DNA of 64,000 nucleotides from Armatimonadota bacterium (GCA_041690135.1 JAWLHY010000003.1:192001-256000), one strand, 5' to 3'; counted from the first letter of the stretch, positions 19,347-29,309 are shown. Made by a program: numbers and translations. The notes: generated by a model not told the origin, from the sequence alone.

Positions 19347-20897
19347 TCACGAGACCGGCCGGGAGAAGTCTTCCGGAAAATGGCGGACGGCGCTCCGCAC
19401 GGGAAGGGGGGTGAGCCCTCCGAGGGCGCAGAGCGACGCATCGGTCATAACCTCACAGAGATCCTCGAGCAGCACAAGGTTTCGCTCGCGTTCCCGGCCG
19501 GCCATGATGTGTTCGATCACCTCCACGCCCCGCGTCGAGCCGATGCGGCAGGGGGTGCACTTGCCGCAGCTCTCCGCGGCGCAGAACTCCATGGCGAACC
19601 GGGCCTGCCGCGCCAGGTCCACGGTGTCGTCGAAGACGACGATACCGCCGTGCCCCAGCAGACCGCCCCGGGCGGCGAACGCCTCGTAATCCAGCGGCGT
19701 GTCGAGCAGCTCTTCCGGGAAGTACGCGCCGAGCGGTCCCCCCACCTGCACGGCTCGGAACGGGCGCCCAGAGGCGGTGCCGCCGCCATACTCGAAGATC
19801 GCCTCCCGCAGCGTGAGGCCGAACGCCTTCTCCACCAGGCCCCCGCGGCGGAGGTTGCCGGCGAGCTGGAACGGCATCGTCCCGCGGGAGCGCCCCATCC
19901 CGAAATCGGCGTAGAACTCCGCGCCCCGGTCCAGGATGATCGGGACGGTCGCCAGGGAGAGCACGTTGTTGACCACAGTCGGCCGGCCGAAGAGGCCCTG
20001 GATGGCGGGCAACGGCGGCTTGAACCGGATCGTGCCCCGCTTCCCTTCCAGGCTCTCCAGCAGGGAGGTCTCCTCGCCGCAGATGTAGGCCCCCGCCCCG
20101 AGCCGCACGTCGATCTCGAAGCGGTGCTCGCTGCCACGGATCCCGTCGCCCAGCCAGCCGGCCGCGCGCGCCGCTTCCACCGCCTGCCGGAACGCGGCGA
20201 AGGCGTGGGGGTATTCGGACCGGATGTAGACGTACCCCTGCTCCGCCCCGACGGCCAGCCCGGCGATGACCATCCCCTCGATCAGGCTGAACGGGTCGCC
20301 TTCCATCAGCATGCGGTCCGCAAAGGTGCCGCTGTCGCCTTCGTCCGCATTGCAGACGATGTACTTGGGCCCTTCGGGCTGCTGGAGCACGGTCCGCCAC
20401 TTGATGCCCGTGGGGAAGCCCGCCCCGCCGCGCCCGCGCAGCCCGGACCGGGTAACTTCCTCGACGATTTCTGCGGAAGAAAGGGAGAGCGCCCGGTCCA
20501 ACCCCCGCAGGCCGCCATGGGCCACGTAGTCCTCGACCGAAAGCGGGTCCGTCACGCCGCAGCGGGCGAACGTCAACCGCTCCTGGCACTGGAGGTAGGG
20601 AATCTCTTCCGTCGGCCCCAGGTAGAGCGAGGCGGCGGTTCCTCCGGGACGGGTCTCCGGGAAGCCGCCCGCGAAAAGGGCGGGCACGTCTTCCGGCCGC
20701 ACGGGCCCGTAGGCGATCCGCCCCGCGTCCGTTTCCACTTCGACCAGCGGCTCGAGCCAGAAGAGGCCCCGGGAGCCGTTCCGCACGAGCTGGATTTCCC
20801 GGCCCGCCGCCGCGGCCTCGCGGGCGATGGCGGCCGCCACGGCCTCGGCGCCCACGGAGAGCGCGGCGGCATCGCGGGGAACGAACACCCGGATCAT
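19347..20897 (-). CDS. fdsB: Formate dehydrogenase beta subunit (NuoF-like, FMN/NADH binding)
   Basis: GLRGRGGAGFP, NADEGDSGTFADR, GAGAYICGEET, CGKCTPCRIG; ATG 20897 overlaps the fdsG stop. Confidence 0.95.
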   Translation of the reverse strand: MIRVFVPRDAAALSVGAEAVAAAIAREAAAAGREIQLVRNGSRGLFWLEPLVEVETDAGRIAYGPVRPEDVPALFAGGFPETRPGGTAASLYLGPTEEIPYLQCQERLTFARCGVTDPLSVEDYVAHGGLRGLDRALSLSSAEIVEEVTRSGLRGRGGAGFPTGIKWRTVLQQPEGPKYIVCNADEGDSGTFADRMLMEGDPFSLIEGMVIAGLAVGAEQGYVYIRSEYPHAFAAFRQAVEAARAAGWLGDGIRGSEHRFEIDVRLGAGAYICGEETSLLESLEGKRGTIRFKPPLPAIQGLFGRPTVVNNVLSLATVPIILDRGAEFYADFGMGRSRGTMPFQLAGNLRRGGLVEKAFGLTLREAIFEYGGGTASGRPFRAVQVGGPLGAYFPEELLDTPLDYEAFAARGGLLGHGGIVVFDDTVDLARQARFAMEFCAAESCGKCTPCRIGSTRGVEVIEHIMAGRERERNLVLLEDLCEVMTDASLCALGGLTPLPVRSAVRHFPEDFSRPVS

Positions 20898-21394
20898 GCT
20901 TCGGCCCTCACTTCCCGGACCAGGGCGTCCGCGCGCTCGGGGGAGACCCGCCCGTAAAGCTGGTGGTCCAGCAGCACCGCCGGGGAGAGCGCGCAGTTGC
21001 CCAGGCAGTAGACCGTTTCCAGGGTGAGGGCGCCGTCCGGCGTGGTCTCGCCCATAGCGATCCCCAGGCGCTCCTGCAGGTGCGCGACTAGCGCCTCGCA
21101 GCCCATCGACTGGCACGCCTCCGCCCGGCAGACTTTCAGCACGTGCCGGCCGGCGGGCTCCCGGCGGAAATCGTGGTAGAACTCGATCACCCCCACGACC
21201 TCGGCCCGGGAAAGGACCAGGGCGTCCGCGATCAACGGCACGGCCGGATCGGGAATGTAGCCGAACGCCTCCTGCAGGGCATGAAGCATCGGCAGCGCCG
21301 CCCCCGGCACCGCCTTCCAGGCCGCGATGATCTCCTGTGCCCGCGCCGGGTCCCACTCGCCGGCCGCTTCCGGGCTCCGGCCGTTAACGGACAT
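20894..21394 (-). CDS. fdsG: Formate dehydrogenase gamma subunit (NuoE-like, 2Fe-2S)
   Basis: CRAEAC...CLGNC; GAGGT RBS before ATG 21394. Confidence 0.93.
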   Translation of the reverse strand: MSVNGRSPEAAGEWDPARAQEIIAAWKAVPGAALPMLHALQEAFGYIPDPAVPLIADALVLSRAEVVGVIEFYHDFRREPAGRHVLKVCRAEACQSMGCEALVAHLQERLGIAMGETTPDGALTLETVYCLGNCALSPAVLLDHQLYGRVSPERADALVREVRAEA

Positions 21395-21489
21395 CGGCAC
21401 ACCTCACTCGAAAGCCCCCTTGCTTCCGCACTTCCCACTGCTGTCTCACCGCTACTGCCTCACGCTTCCTTGCGTCCTGCCGTAATGGG

Positions 21490-22371
21490 TCATCCCGGAG
21501 AGTTTTGAGGATGCTCTATCCGCTCCGGGTGACTGTAAAGATTGAACCGTTCCGCCCGGACCCACCCCACCAGCGTGATCCCGAAGCGCTCCGCCAGTTG
21601 GACGGCCAGGCTGGACGGCGCCCCCACGGAGGCCACCACCGGAAAGCCCCACACCAGCGCCTTCTGGAGCAGTTCGAAGCTGGCCCGCCCGCTCAACAGC
21701 AGGATCGGCTCCGCCGGCGCCGGGGCTTCCCCCAGGAAGAGCGCCCCAATCAGCTTGTCCAGGGCATTGTGTCTACCTACATCTTCGCGCACGAGCCGCA
21801 GACCCCCTTCCCGATCGAAAAGAGCCGCGGCGTGCAGACCGCCCGTGAGGTCGAAAGTAGGCTGGGCGGCGCGGAGGGTTTCCGGCAGGTTCATCAACAC
21901 CTCCGGCGCGACCCGGTACCCCACGGGCAGCGATGGGTGGTCCACCGCAACCTCCAGCGCTTCCAGCGAGCTCTTGCCGCAGACCCCGCAACTGGAGGTG
22001 GTGTAGAAGTGGCGCTGGAGCCGGCCGAGATCCACCTCCACCTCGGGACGCAGCTCGACCCGGACCCCGTTCGGCGAACCTGCGTCGCCTTCGGAGCCGT
22101 CGCCGCCGCGGATCTCCAGCAGCTCGTCCCGGCTCTGGACGATCCCTTCCGTGAAGAGGAACCCCGCCGCCAGCTCGCGGTCATGACCGGGAGTCCGCAT
22201 GGTCAGCGACACCGGACGGCGGCTGCGGGCGTTCAGCGGCCCGTAGCCGAGCCGGATCTCCAGCGGCTCCTCGACGGCCAGCACGTCCTCGAAGGCGCGG
22301 CGGCAGCCCCGCTCCACCCGGAGGACGGAACGGGCCAGGGTCGTCCGGTCTTGAGAAGCTGCGTCGCTCAG
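21490..22371 (-). CDS. fdhD: Formate dehydrogenase accessory sulfurtransferase
   Basis: EEPLEI, MRTPGHD, SSCGVCG, TGGLHAA, EDVGRHNALDK, SGRASFE. Start uncertain: CTG 22371 or GTG 22317. Confidence 0.92.
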   Translation of the reverse strand: MSDAASQDRTTLARSVLRVERGCRRAFEDVLAVEEPLEIRLGYGPLNARSRRPVSLTMRTPGHDRELAAGFLFTEGIVQSRDELLEIRGGDGSEGDAGSPNGVRVELRPEVEVDLGRLQRHFYTTSSCGVCGKSSLEALEVAVDHPSLPVGYRVAPEVLMNLPETLRAAQPTFDLTGGLHAAALFDREGGLRLVREDVGRHNALDKLIGALFLGEAPAPAEPILLLSGRASFELLQKALVWGFPVVASVGAPSSLAVQLAERFGITLVGWVRAERFNLYSHPERIEHPQNSPG

Positions 22372-22457
22372 GATGACCTCACCAAACCTGGGGTATTCCG
22401 GCTATCCCCTTCCACTCCTACCATACCACAGGTTTGCAGCCGCTTCGACGGCGTGGG

Positions 22458-23423
22458 TCAACGCGCCTGGGGCACGTTGCGGTATTTGGCGTGGCAACCG
22501 CCGCAGCCCGCGGCGATCTTACCCAGCGCCATGCTGGCGGCTTCCAGGCGACCGGCCCGGAGGTTGGCCTCCAGCGCCTTGCCTTCCCGCTCCCCCTCCG
22601 TCATCCAGTTCCGGTAGTCGGTGGGATGCTTCCGGACCTCCTCGGTGCGGTTGAGCTCGGTGTAAAGTTCCTGGAGTTGCAGCGCTTCGTAGGCGGCGTC
22701 GGTACCCGGCTGGGCCTTCCAACCCGCCTTCTGGAGCTTCAGCAGCGTATCGAACCGCTTTTCGATCTGCACCATCGCCTCCACCAGCTGGGGCGTGGGG
22801 GCAATCTCCCGGAACTCGACCTTCAGCCGGTCCAACTCTTCCCGGGTGGGCGGATGGTAGGCGCGCACGTCCCCATAGAGCCCAATGTAGTTCTTGCCCG
22901 TACCGGCCCTCTCCAGTTCTTGCACCGCCTGTTCGTTGGGGATCCCGTCCAGGGCGATCCGGGCAAAGGCCGCCCCCGCCGGGCTCCGGTGCTTGCCGTG
23001 GTGGCAGTGCAGGTAGACCGGCCCCGGAAGGTCGCGGACCGCCTTCACCAGCACGTTGGCGGTCGGCGTGGGGCACCCGTCGTAACCGAAGGGGACGTGG
23101 ACGTACCGCATCCCGTACTTCCGGGCCGTTTTCACGTCCGGCTTCTCGCCGTCCACGGTGATGATCGTCTTGACCCCCAGCCGCTGGAGCACCTGGAAAC
23201 CTTCCTCCCCAACCGGCACGCCGCCCGAATAGAGTTTCTCGGAGAGCCGGATCACGTTATGCAGCGCGGAATAGTCCACCGGCTTCTGCCCAACCGGCAG
23301 CGGCCCGGCGGGGAGGTCGGCGGCGAGGGAAAGCGCGGCGCAGAGCAGCAGCATGCAGGTGAGCGTGGCGAACGTCGCGTATGTCGCGGTAGTCGGGCGG
23401 CGCTCCCGGAAGCGAAACAGCAT
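22458..23423 (-). CDS. Secreted PTP/DSP-fold protein fused to a cytochrome c'-like C-terminal domain
   Basis: Signal peptide; VYLHCHHGKHRS (HCx2Gx2RS P-loop); C-terminal CGGCHAKYR heme-binding motif. Confidence 0.8.
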   Translation of the reverse strand: MLFRFRERRPTTATYATFATLTCMLLLCAALSLAADLPAGPLPVGQKPVDYSALHNVIRLSEKLYSGGVPVGEEGFQVLQRLGVKTIITVDGEKPDVKTARKYGMRYVHVPFGYDGCPTPTANVLVKAVRDLPGPVYLHCHHGKHRSPAGAAFARIALDGIPNEQAVQELERAGTGKNYIGLYGDVRAYHPPTREELDRLKVEFREIAPTPQLVEAMVQIEKRFDTLLKLQKAGWKAQPGTDAAYEALQLQELYTELNRTEEVRKHPTDYRNWMTEGEREGKALEANLRAGRLEAASMALGKIAAGCGGCHAKYRNVPQAR

Positions 23424-23573
23424 CAAGATCTCACAGGGGGCGGAAAGTGGCAGCCATCCAGCCGTGTGAACAGCGTGCGAAAAGTACTACCGTTGCCGGC
23501 AGTAGAGTATACGAGAACAGCAAGCGAGAGGTTACGTAGGCTTCGCGGATCAGGATGAGGATTGGGGGAGTTT

Positions 23574-23719
23574 GACACGGAAGCCACGGATCGGACGGAT
23601 CGCCACGGATTTGACCGAAGGATGGGGCATGCTTTAGGCCACTGTCATCCGGGATGCTGTAGGGGAAGTGCCGCTGTCCCTTCCCCAAGCCGTGAACAAG
23701 CACCCGTTGACCCACCGTG
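23574..23719 (+). repeat. Composite dispersed repeat, copy 1 (homologous to 30444..30582)
   Basis: Shared order of blocks: GACACGGA..CACGGATCG.ACGGAT.GCCACGGA, then GTAGGGGAA..CGCTG.CCCTTCCCCA, then CCGT.GACCCACCGTG. Confidence 0.75.
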
Positions 23720-23768
23720 CGTGCCCCTTGTCGGTGAAAACCGGTGTGGGCAGTTCGGAAAGCGGCGG

Positions 23769-24035
23769 TTACCACCAGTAGGCCCGCACCACCCCCAGAT
23801 CCAGCCGCTGCATGCGACTTCCGGCCCAGGTGTCGCCATCGGGAATTCGGCTCACCGCAAAGGAGCACTCCCACAACCTCGCCCGGGTGGGGTCGAGGGC
23901 CGGCACCACCCACACCCAACGGGCGGGGCGATGCCGGGCAAGAATTGCACCGGCACCGCCCACCATCCCCATAGCCAGGACTGCACCCCAGACCCATGCG
24001 GTTCCCACGCGCCTCGTCCCGTCCTTGCCATGCAC
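23769..24035 (-). CDS. Small putative membrane protein
   Basis: GGAGG upstream; hydrophobic WVWGAVLAMGMVGGAGAIL; follows pilin-like gene #2. Confidence 0.45.
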   Translation of the reverse strand: MHGKDGTRRVGTAWVWGAVLAMGMVGGAGAILARHRPARWVWVVPALDPTRARLWECSFAVSRIPDGDTWAGSRMQRLDLGVVRAYWW

Positions 24036-24138
24036 CTCCGGCCTCCCTTCCCTATCCCCCTCTTCCCTTCTTCCCTCTCTTTGCGGCTTTGCGTCCCATA
24101 CGGGGCGTATGCCTTGGCGCGAGACCCTACGGGAGCAG

Positions 24139-24816
24139 TTACTGCCGCGGATCGTAGGCGCCGGACCAGACCTGCGGGCGAGGCGGGTTGTTCCAGGTAC
24201 GCGACCACTGGACCCACTTGGCGTGGCCGTCGCAGTAGCTCACGTTGAAGCCGCCCTGGTGCCGGTAGAGCGCCAGTTCCTTCGTTTCGTTCTTCGCGGC
24301 GTCCCAGGTCATGTTCTGCATGAAGCCGCTGGTCCGCTCCGCGGGAGATCCCCAGTAGAACGGGTGGAAGTGGTCACGGTCGATGTTCTCCGCGCTTTCC
24401 GCCAGGTAGATCACGCTGGCCGGGCTCTGGATGGCGGCCAGGGTGCCGTAGCTGTTGGCGCCGGCCATCCAGGCATTGAGGAAATAGGAGGAGCGGCGCG
24501 GGTTGGTGGGGGAGGTCCAGGTGGTGCTGGTGTCGCTGGGGCAGCGCAGCATCTGCCGATTCTTGATGTACGGCTGAACCGTGTCCGTCCAGGAGTTGCT
24601 CGGCATGGGGTAGGTGGTCAGGGGCAGGGACTCGTCATAGTCTTGCGTGTACTGCATGAACGCCATACCGATCTGACGGCAGTTGGAGAGGCACGAAGTA
24701 CCGCGCGCTTTGTCGCGCGCCTGGGCGAAGACGGGGAATAGGATCGCGGCCAGGATGGAGATAATCGCGATCACGACGAGCAATTCGATCAAGGTGAAAC
24801 CACGACGACGGGTCAT
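24139..24816 (-). CDS. Prepilin-type DUF1559/H-X9-DG protein (#2)
   Basis: MTRRRG|[35 protein letters not shown]. Confidence 0.92.
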   Translation of the reverse strand: MTRRRGFTLIELLVVIAIISILAAILFPVFAQARDKARGTSCLSNCRQIGMAFMQYTQDYDESLPLTTYPMPSNSWTDTVQPYIKNRQMLRCPSDTSTTWTSPTNPRRSSYFLNAWMAGANSYGTLAAIQSPASVIYLAESAENIDRDHFHPFYWGSPAERTSGFMQNMTWDAAKNETKELALYRHQGGFNVSYCDGHAKWVQWSRTWNNPPRPQVWSGAYDPRQ

Positions 24817-25110
24817 GGAAGTCGCTCCGTAACTGGACGTGGACACGACGCCGGAGGTCTCCCGACCGGGGAGAACCGTCTCAACGGCCTTGCGTCCGAT
24901 CTCGTTGAAGCACCGCGCGCTCCCGAGGGTCCACATCAAAGACCCATGTGAATGAAGCACGCCCGCTGACCCTCGGCCGGTAGACGCACAGCGGGCTCAC
25001 AAGTCACTCGGAGTGGAGACAAGGGCGACGCAGCGTCGTTCGGCGGAGATCAACGGTGTCGGTGAGCGGCAGACCAGAGGATTGCAAAAACCATCAGCGT
25101 TGCCCCTAAA

Positions 25111-25156
25111 AACCTCACCCCCCCAGCCCCCTCTCCGACCCAGAGAGGGGGAGCCC
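25111..25156. repeat. CCTCACCCCC..CCCCTCTCC..GAGAGGGGGAG REP-like element
   Basis: Near-identical inverted copy at about 34262..34304. Confidence 0.7.
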
Positions 25157-25424
25157 GTATCCAAAGCGGGTTCGATTTGGCGGTGGCGTAGCGATTCCTC
25201 GCCTGCTCTATAGCAGGGGACCTCGCGAGTTAGATTTAGCTCCCTGAACGCCGCGCTTCCAAGGGGTTATGGGAGTAACTGAGCAGACCCGATCCGACCC
25301 TGCGCCGCGCTAACCCCGCAGGGGTTTCACTTTGCAGTAGCCTCGGAATTCCATTCCGTGGCGGGCGGTGGTGACCCGCATCCGCCAGGGATTCTGGAGC
25401 CATTCAGTTGCTCACACGCACCCC

Positions 25425-25841
25425 TTAACCGAGGCCCGTCAGGCGGGGAGGTGGAGTCAGGGCGCCGGGGAAGCCGGCCAGGGCTCGCTGGTCGCCCGTG
25501 GAGTAAGCCACACCGGTGAACGGCGGGGCCGGAGCAGGCGAAGCGGTGGTCGGCAGGGCGAGCGGCTGCCAGCCGAAGGTGGCGAGCACCTCGGGGGCCG
25601 TACCGCCGTCGCACGGAAGCTGGGTGAACCGGCACCCTTCCTCTCCGTGACCGTCGGCGCAGCAGCAGTCTTTCACCTGGTGGACGTCGGCGCGGCAGGA
25701 GCAGGTGTGCTCTCGCTCGACGGCGCACGCCAGGGGGACGGAAGGCGCGGGGAGCAGCGGCAGCACCATACCGACGATGCCATAAGCGAGCATCGCCAGG
25801 AGGGCCAACCAGAGAGTTCCACGCTGCCTTCTGCGTATCAC
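25425..25841 (-). CDS. Cys/His-rich small membrane or secreted protein ending in a PPPR motif
   Basis: Basic plus hydrophobic N-terminus; HTCSC...DCCC..GH....C; C-terminal TPPPRLTGLG. Confidence 0.7.
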   Translation of the reverse strand: MIRRRQRGTLWLALLAMLAYGIVGMVLPLLPAPSVPLACAVEREHTCSCRADVHQVKDCCCADGHGEEGCRFTQLPCDGGTAPEVLATFGWQPLALPTTASPAPAPPFTGVAYSTGDQRALAGFPGALTPPPRLTGLG

Positions 25842-26082
25842 AAGCGGATTATACCTGAGAGATCCCGCTTATCCCAATAATGTTTCGTCGAGGACGGGAG
25901 CTTTCCTGTTGCTTCTGCTGCTGGATTACCCTCTGACGAAGGGGGAAGTGAAGGGTTCGTTGCGAGAATATGGAAAATATGGACAGCCTGGCAGGAATTC
26001 ACCTGCCAGGTCGGGAATTTGAGATCGGCGGACGGGGATCGGCTCCGGTCCGTAGTCATCGTTCGAGAGGAAGACAGCCACT

Positions 26083-26307
26083 GTGGCCTGCAAATTCTTT
26101 CGCCGCTCCTACCCCATTCTGATGCTCAGTTCCCTGCTGCTCGTGGGCTGTGGGTCCGATCCCGGAACTCCCACCACGCCGCAGGAGGCCACGCAGCAAG
26201 ATGCGCTGACGCAGCAGGGTGCGCAAAACGCCAATGCACCTACTGCGGCTGAGTCGTCCCAGGATGCCTTGACGCGCCAGGGGCAGGGCGCCTCCGGCGG
26301 AAACTGA
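26083..26307 (+). CDS. Small lipoprotein
   Basis: Lipobox LLVG|C; internal repeat QDALTQQG/QDALTRQG. Confidence 0.7.
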   Translation: MACKFFRRSYPILMLSSLLLVGCGSDPGTPTTPQEATQQDALTQQGAQNANAPTAAESSQDALTRQGQGASGGN

Positions 26308-26378
26308 CCGCACTTACCCGCGGGAGGGGTGCTCGCAACAGCGCACCAGCACCCTTTTAGGACAAAGGAGACTCTTCC

Positions 26379-27098
26379 ATGAACCGTAAACGAGGGTTTA
26401 CCCTCATTGAACTTCTCGTAGTCATCGCTATCATCGCCATCCTCGCCGCCATCCTGTTCCCCGTTTTTGCCAGGGCGCGTGAAGCCGCTCGCAAGAGTAG
26501 TTGCCAGAGCAACCTCAAGCAACTTGCAAACGGGATGATGATGTACATCCAGGACTACGACGAAACCCTGCCGCGCCACTACAACCCAGGCGGAGGCCTT
26601 GCCCCTCGCTACCCCCGCGATGGGGAGCAGTGGATCAATACCGGCGACTGGTTCGATCCGCATGACCAGATTTTCCCGTACGTCAAGAACCGCGAGGTCT
26701 ACGCGTGCCCGAGTAGCGCGCGCGCTCGCACCGGTACTAACTGGCGTTACGAGCACGATCTTGCCTGGAACACTTCCGCAGTGAATGGCCGGGCACTGGC
26801 CACGCTGGAGAGGCCGGCGGAAACGCTTTTCTCCAGTGACACCGACTGGGAGTATCTTCAGACGAACCTGTGGGCCGAGGCTTGCGGCGGGGCCTATCCC
26901 AACAACCCGTGGGGTGCCGTTCCGGGCGGCCGTTTCAAGAGCCGCCACTCTGGCCAGTTGAACGTGCTCTGGGGTGACGGGCACGTGAAGTCTATGAAGA
27001 TCAGCCAGATCAAATACAGCGAACTCTCACCGGGATACACCGGCACCGGCAACGTGCCGCCGCCAAATAACGTACCCGCCTGCGATTACGCACGGTAG
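26379..27098 (+). CDS. Prepilin-type DUF1559/H-X9-DG protein (#3)
   Basis: AAGGAG RBS; RG|[34 protein letters not shown]. Confidence 0.93.
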   Translation: MNRKRGFTLIELLVVIAIIAILAAILFPVFARAREAARKSSCQSNLKQLANGMMMYIQDYDETLPRHYNPGGGLAPRYPRDGEQWINTGDWFDPHDQIFPYVKNREVYACPSSARARTGTNWRYEHDLAWNTSAVNGRALATLERPAETLFSSDTDWEYLQTNLWAEACGGAYPNNPWGAVPGGRFKSRHSGQLNVLWGDGHVKSMKISQIKYSELSPGYTGTGNVPPPNNVPACDYAR

Positions 27099-27120
27099 TC
27101 CACCACTACCTTTCAAAGGG

Positions 27121-27170
27121 CAAAGCGCCAGGCTCGGACAACCGTCCAAGCCTGGCGCTTTGTTGTTCTT
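27121..27170. terminator. Intrinsic, probably bidirectional, terminator
   Basis: Perfect 14-bp stem CAAAGCGCCAGGCT/AGCCTGGCGCTTTG followed by a T-rich run, between convergent genes. Confidence 0.8.
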
Positions 27171-27216
27171 CACCCTTGCAAAGACGGACTCCCATCCTCA
27201 CGCGCGATCCGATTCC

Positions 27217-27882
27217 TCAGGTCATCTTGGTGTCAGCAGTCTTCACCAGAATGACCTCCAGCGTTCGGGGGCCGTGGACGCCCTTGATACGCGTCATCTC
27301 GATGTCGGAAGTGGCGGAGGGGCCGGAAATGGTGGTGAGCGGGGCCGGCGCCAGGGCGGTCATCCGGCGGATCGCCTCGGGGACCGTCTCCACGACCTGC
27401 TCTTCCCGCACCACGCAGAGGTGATAGTCCGGCACCAGGGTGAGCGCGCGGCGACCGTGTTCCGGGGAGTGGCGGACCACCAGCGTTCCGGTCTCCGCGA
27501 TCGCCAGGGCACAGCCGGTCAGCACCCCTTCGCTGGCATCGAGATCCCCGTAAGACATCCCGTCGTCACGGAGGAAGCGGTAGCCGCCGGGCAGCCACGC
27601 GTCTGGAAGCTCCAGGGGGATCAGCAGGCCCTCTTTGCCGCGCTCCGCGAGGATGCGAGCGATCACCTCGGGCAGTTCCGCCTCGACGCACCGGTGGACG
27701 GCGGCGTTGTAGTCGCGGAGGCGCTCCTCGAACCGGTCCAGCCGCTCGGCCGGGCTGAACGCGGGCGCGGCGCGGTAATTCCGCGGCAGGGCCGCGTACT
27801 CCCCGGCCCGTTGGTCGGGTCGGCGGTCCGCTTCCAGGGCACGGCGGACCCTTCCCAGGACCTCCTCGCGGGCCGCGCTCAT
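27217..27882 (-). CDS. lutC: Lactate utilization protein C (LUD domain)
   Basis: MSAAREEVLGRV, AIAETGTLV, ISGPSATSDIEM.RIKGVHGPR. Confidence 0.92.
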   Translation of the reverse strand: MSAAREEVLGRVRRALEADRRPDQRAGEYAALPRNYRAAPAFSPAERLDRFEERLRDYNAAVHRCVEAELPEVIARILAERGKEGLLIPLELPDAWLPGGYRFLRDDGMSYGDLDASEGVLTGCALAIAETGTLVVRHSPEHGRRALTLVPDYHLCVVREEQVVETVPEAIRRMTALAPAPLTTISGPSATSDIEMTRIKGVHGPRTLEVILVKTADTKMT

Positions 27883-29309
27883 GATTGCTTCTCCCCGTCC
27901 CGGCGCTCCCACCACTGCCGGAACGATTCCGGCGGGACGGCCGCCAGGTCGCGGAAGGCGGTCCAGGCCCCCAGCGGTCCCGGCAGGTTTTGCAGCTTCT
28001 CCCCGCGCTTGAACGGAAGCTGGCCGATCCGCACCAGGGAATGAGCGCCGGAGAGCCGGCCGGCATCCCCCATCGCGAAGGCCGCCCCCTTCATCGCAAG
28101 CTGCTCGGAAAGCGGCGTACCCCCGGCCTCGACGACCTTCGTCCGCAGGTGGATCAGGATCTCCGGGATGTTGATCCGGACGGGGCAGACTTCGTAGCAG
28201 GCGCCGCAAAGGGACGAGGCGTACGGCAGCGACTGCGAATGCTCCATCGCCTGGAGCTGCGGCGTGAGGATGGCGCCGATGGGGCCGCCATAGACGGAGC
28301 CGTAAGCGTGGCCGCCGGTCTGGCGGTAGACGGGGCAGATGTTGAGACACGCGCCGCACCGGATGCACGCCAGCGTCTCCCGCGATTCGGCGTCGGCGAG
28401 GACGTTCGTCCGGCCGTTGTCGAGCAGCACCACGTGGAATTCCCGTGGTCCGTCGCCCGGGGTGACGCCTGTCCAGAGGGAGTTATAGGGGTTCATCCGC
28501 TCGCCGGTCGCGGAGCGGGGCAGGAGCTGCAGGAATACTTCCAGGTCCTGGAAGGTGGGGACGATCTTCTCGATCCCGACGAGACTGATCAGCACTTCCG
28601 GAAGGGAGAGGCACATCCGCCCGTTCCCCTCGGACTCGACCACGCACACGGTCCCGGTCTCCGCCACGGCGAAGTTGGCGCCGCTGATACCGACCTTCAC
28701 CCGCAGGAACTTCTCCCGGAGGTACTGACGCGCGGCGGTGGTGAGGTCCTCCGGCTCGTAGCCGAGGTGGTCCAACCCCATCTTCTTGAGGAAGATCTCG
28801 CGGATCTCCAACCGGTTCCGGTGGAGCGCGGGAACCACGATATGCGAGGGCCGGTCTTCTCCCAGTTGCACGATCAGGTCGGCCAGGTCGGTTTCGTAGG
28901 GCGTGATCCCGGCCGCTTCCAGCGCCACGTTCAGCCGGGTCTCATCCGAAGTCATGGTCTTGACCTTGATGACCTCGTCCTGCCCGTGTTTTTGAATGAG
29001 GCCCACGATGATCCGGTTCGCCTCGTCCGCGTCCCGAGCCCAGTGGACGTGACCGCCGGCCTGGGTGCAGGCCGCCTCGAACTGCTCCAGGTAGTGATCC
29101 AGGTGGCGCAGCGTGTGGCCCTTGATCGCGCTGGCGGAGGCGCGGAGCTCTTCCCAGTCCGGCATCTCGCCGACCACGCGGCCGCGCTTGGTCCGGATCA
29201 CGTCCGTCGCGCGGCGGACGTTGCTGCGGAGTTGGGAGTCCGCCACGAGCTCCTTCGCGGCGGTGGGAAAGCTGGGGGCCTCGGCGGCCTGGCCGACGCG
29301 CACGCTCAT
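27879..29309 (-). CDS. lutB: Lactate utilization Fe-S protein B
   Basis: ETDLA, PSHIVVPALH, ESEGNGR, CIRCGACLNICP, SSLCGACYEVCP. Confidence 0.94.
   Translation of the reverse strand: MSVRVGQAAEAPSFPTAAKELVADSQLRSNVRRATDVIRTKRGRVVGEMPDWEELRASASAIKGHTLRHLDHYLEQFEAACTQAGGHVHWARDADEANRIIVGLIQKHGQDEVIKVKTMTSDETRLNVALEAAGITPYETDLADLIVQLGEDRPSHIVVPALHRNRLEIREIFLKKMGLDHLGYEPEDLTTAARQYLREKFLRVKVGISGANFAVAETGTVCVVESEGNGRMCLSLPEVLISLVGIEKIVPTFQDLEVFLQLLPRSATGERMNPYNSLWTGVTPGDGPREFHVVLLDNGRTNVLADAESRETLACIRCGACLNICPVYRQTGGHAYGSVYGGPIGAILTPQLQAMEHSQSLPYASSLCGACYEVCPVRINIPEILIHLRTKVVEAGGTPLSEQLAMKGAAFAMGDAGRLSGAHSLVRIGQLPFKRGEKLQNLPGPLGAWTAFRDLAAVPPESFRQWWERRDGEKQS

Noticed and set aside
16527-20957. 1476-aa plus-strand ORF
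   Set aside because: Antisense shadow of fdsA/fdsB caused by high GC; no recognisable motifs.
19347-21356. Long N-terminal extensions in the ORF track for fdsB (similarly lutC, the ABC permeases and the amidase)
   Set aside because: They overlap the upstream genes out of frame; coupled ATGA/GTGA starts or nearer in-frame starts fit better.
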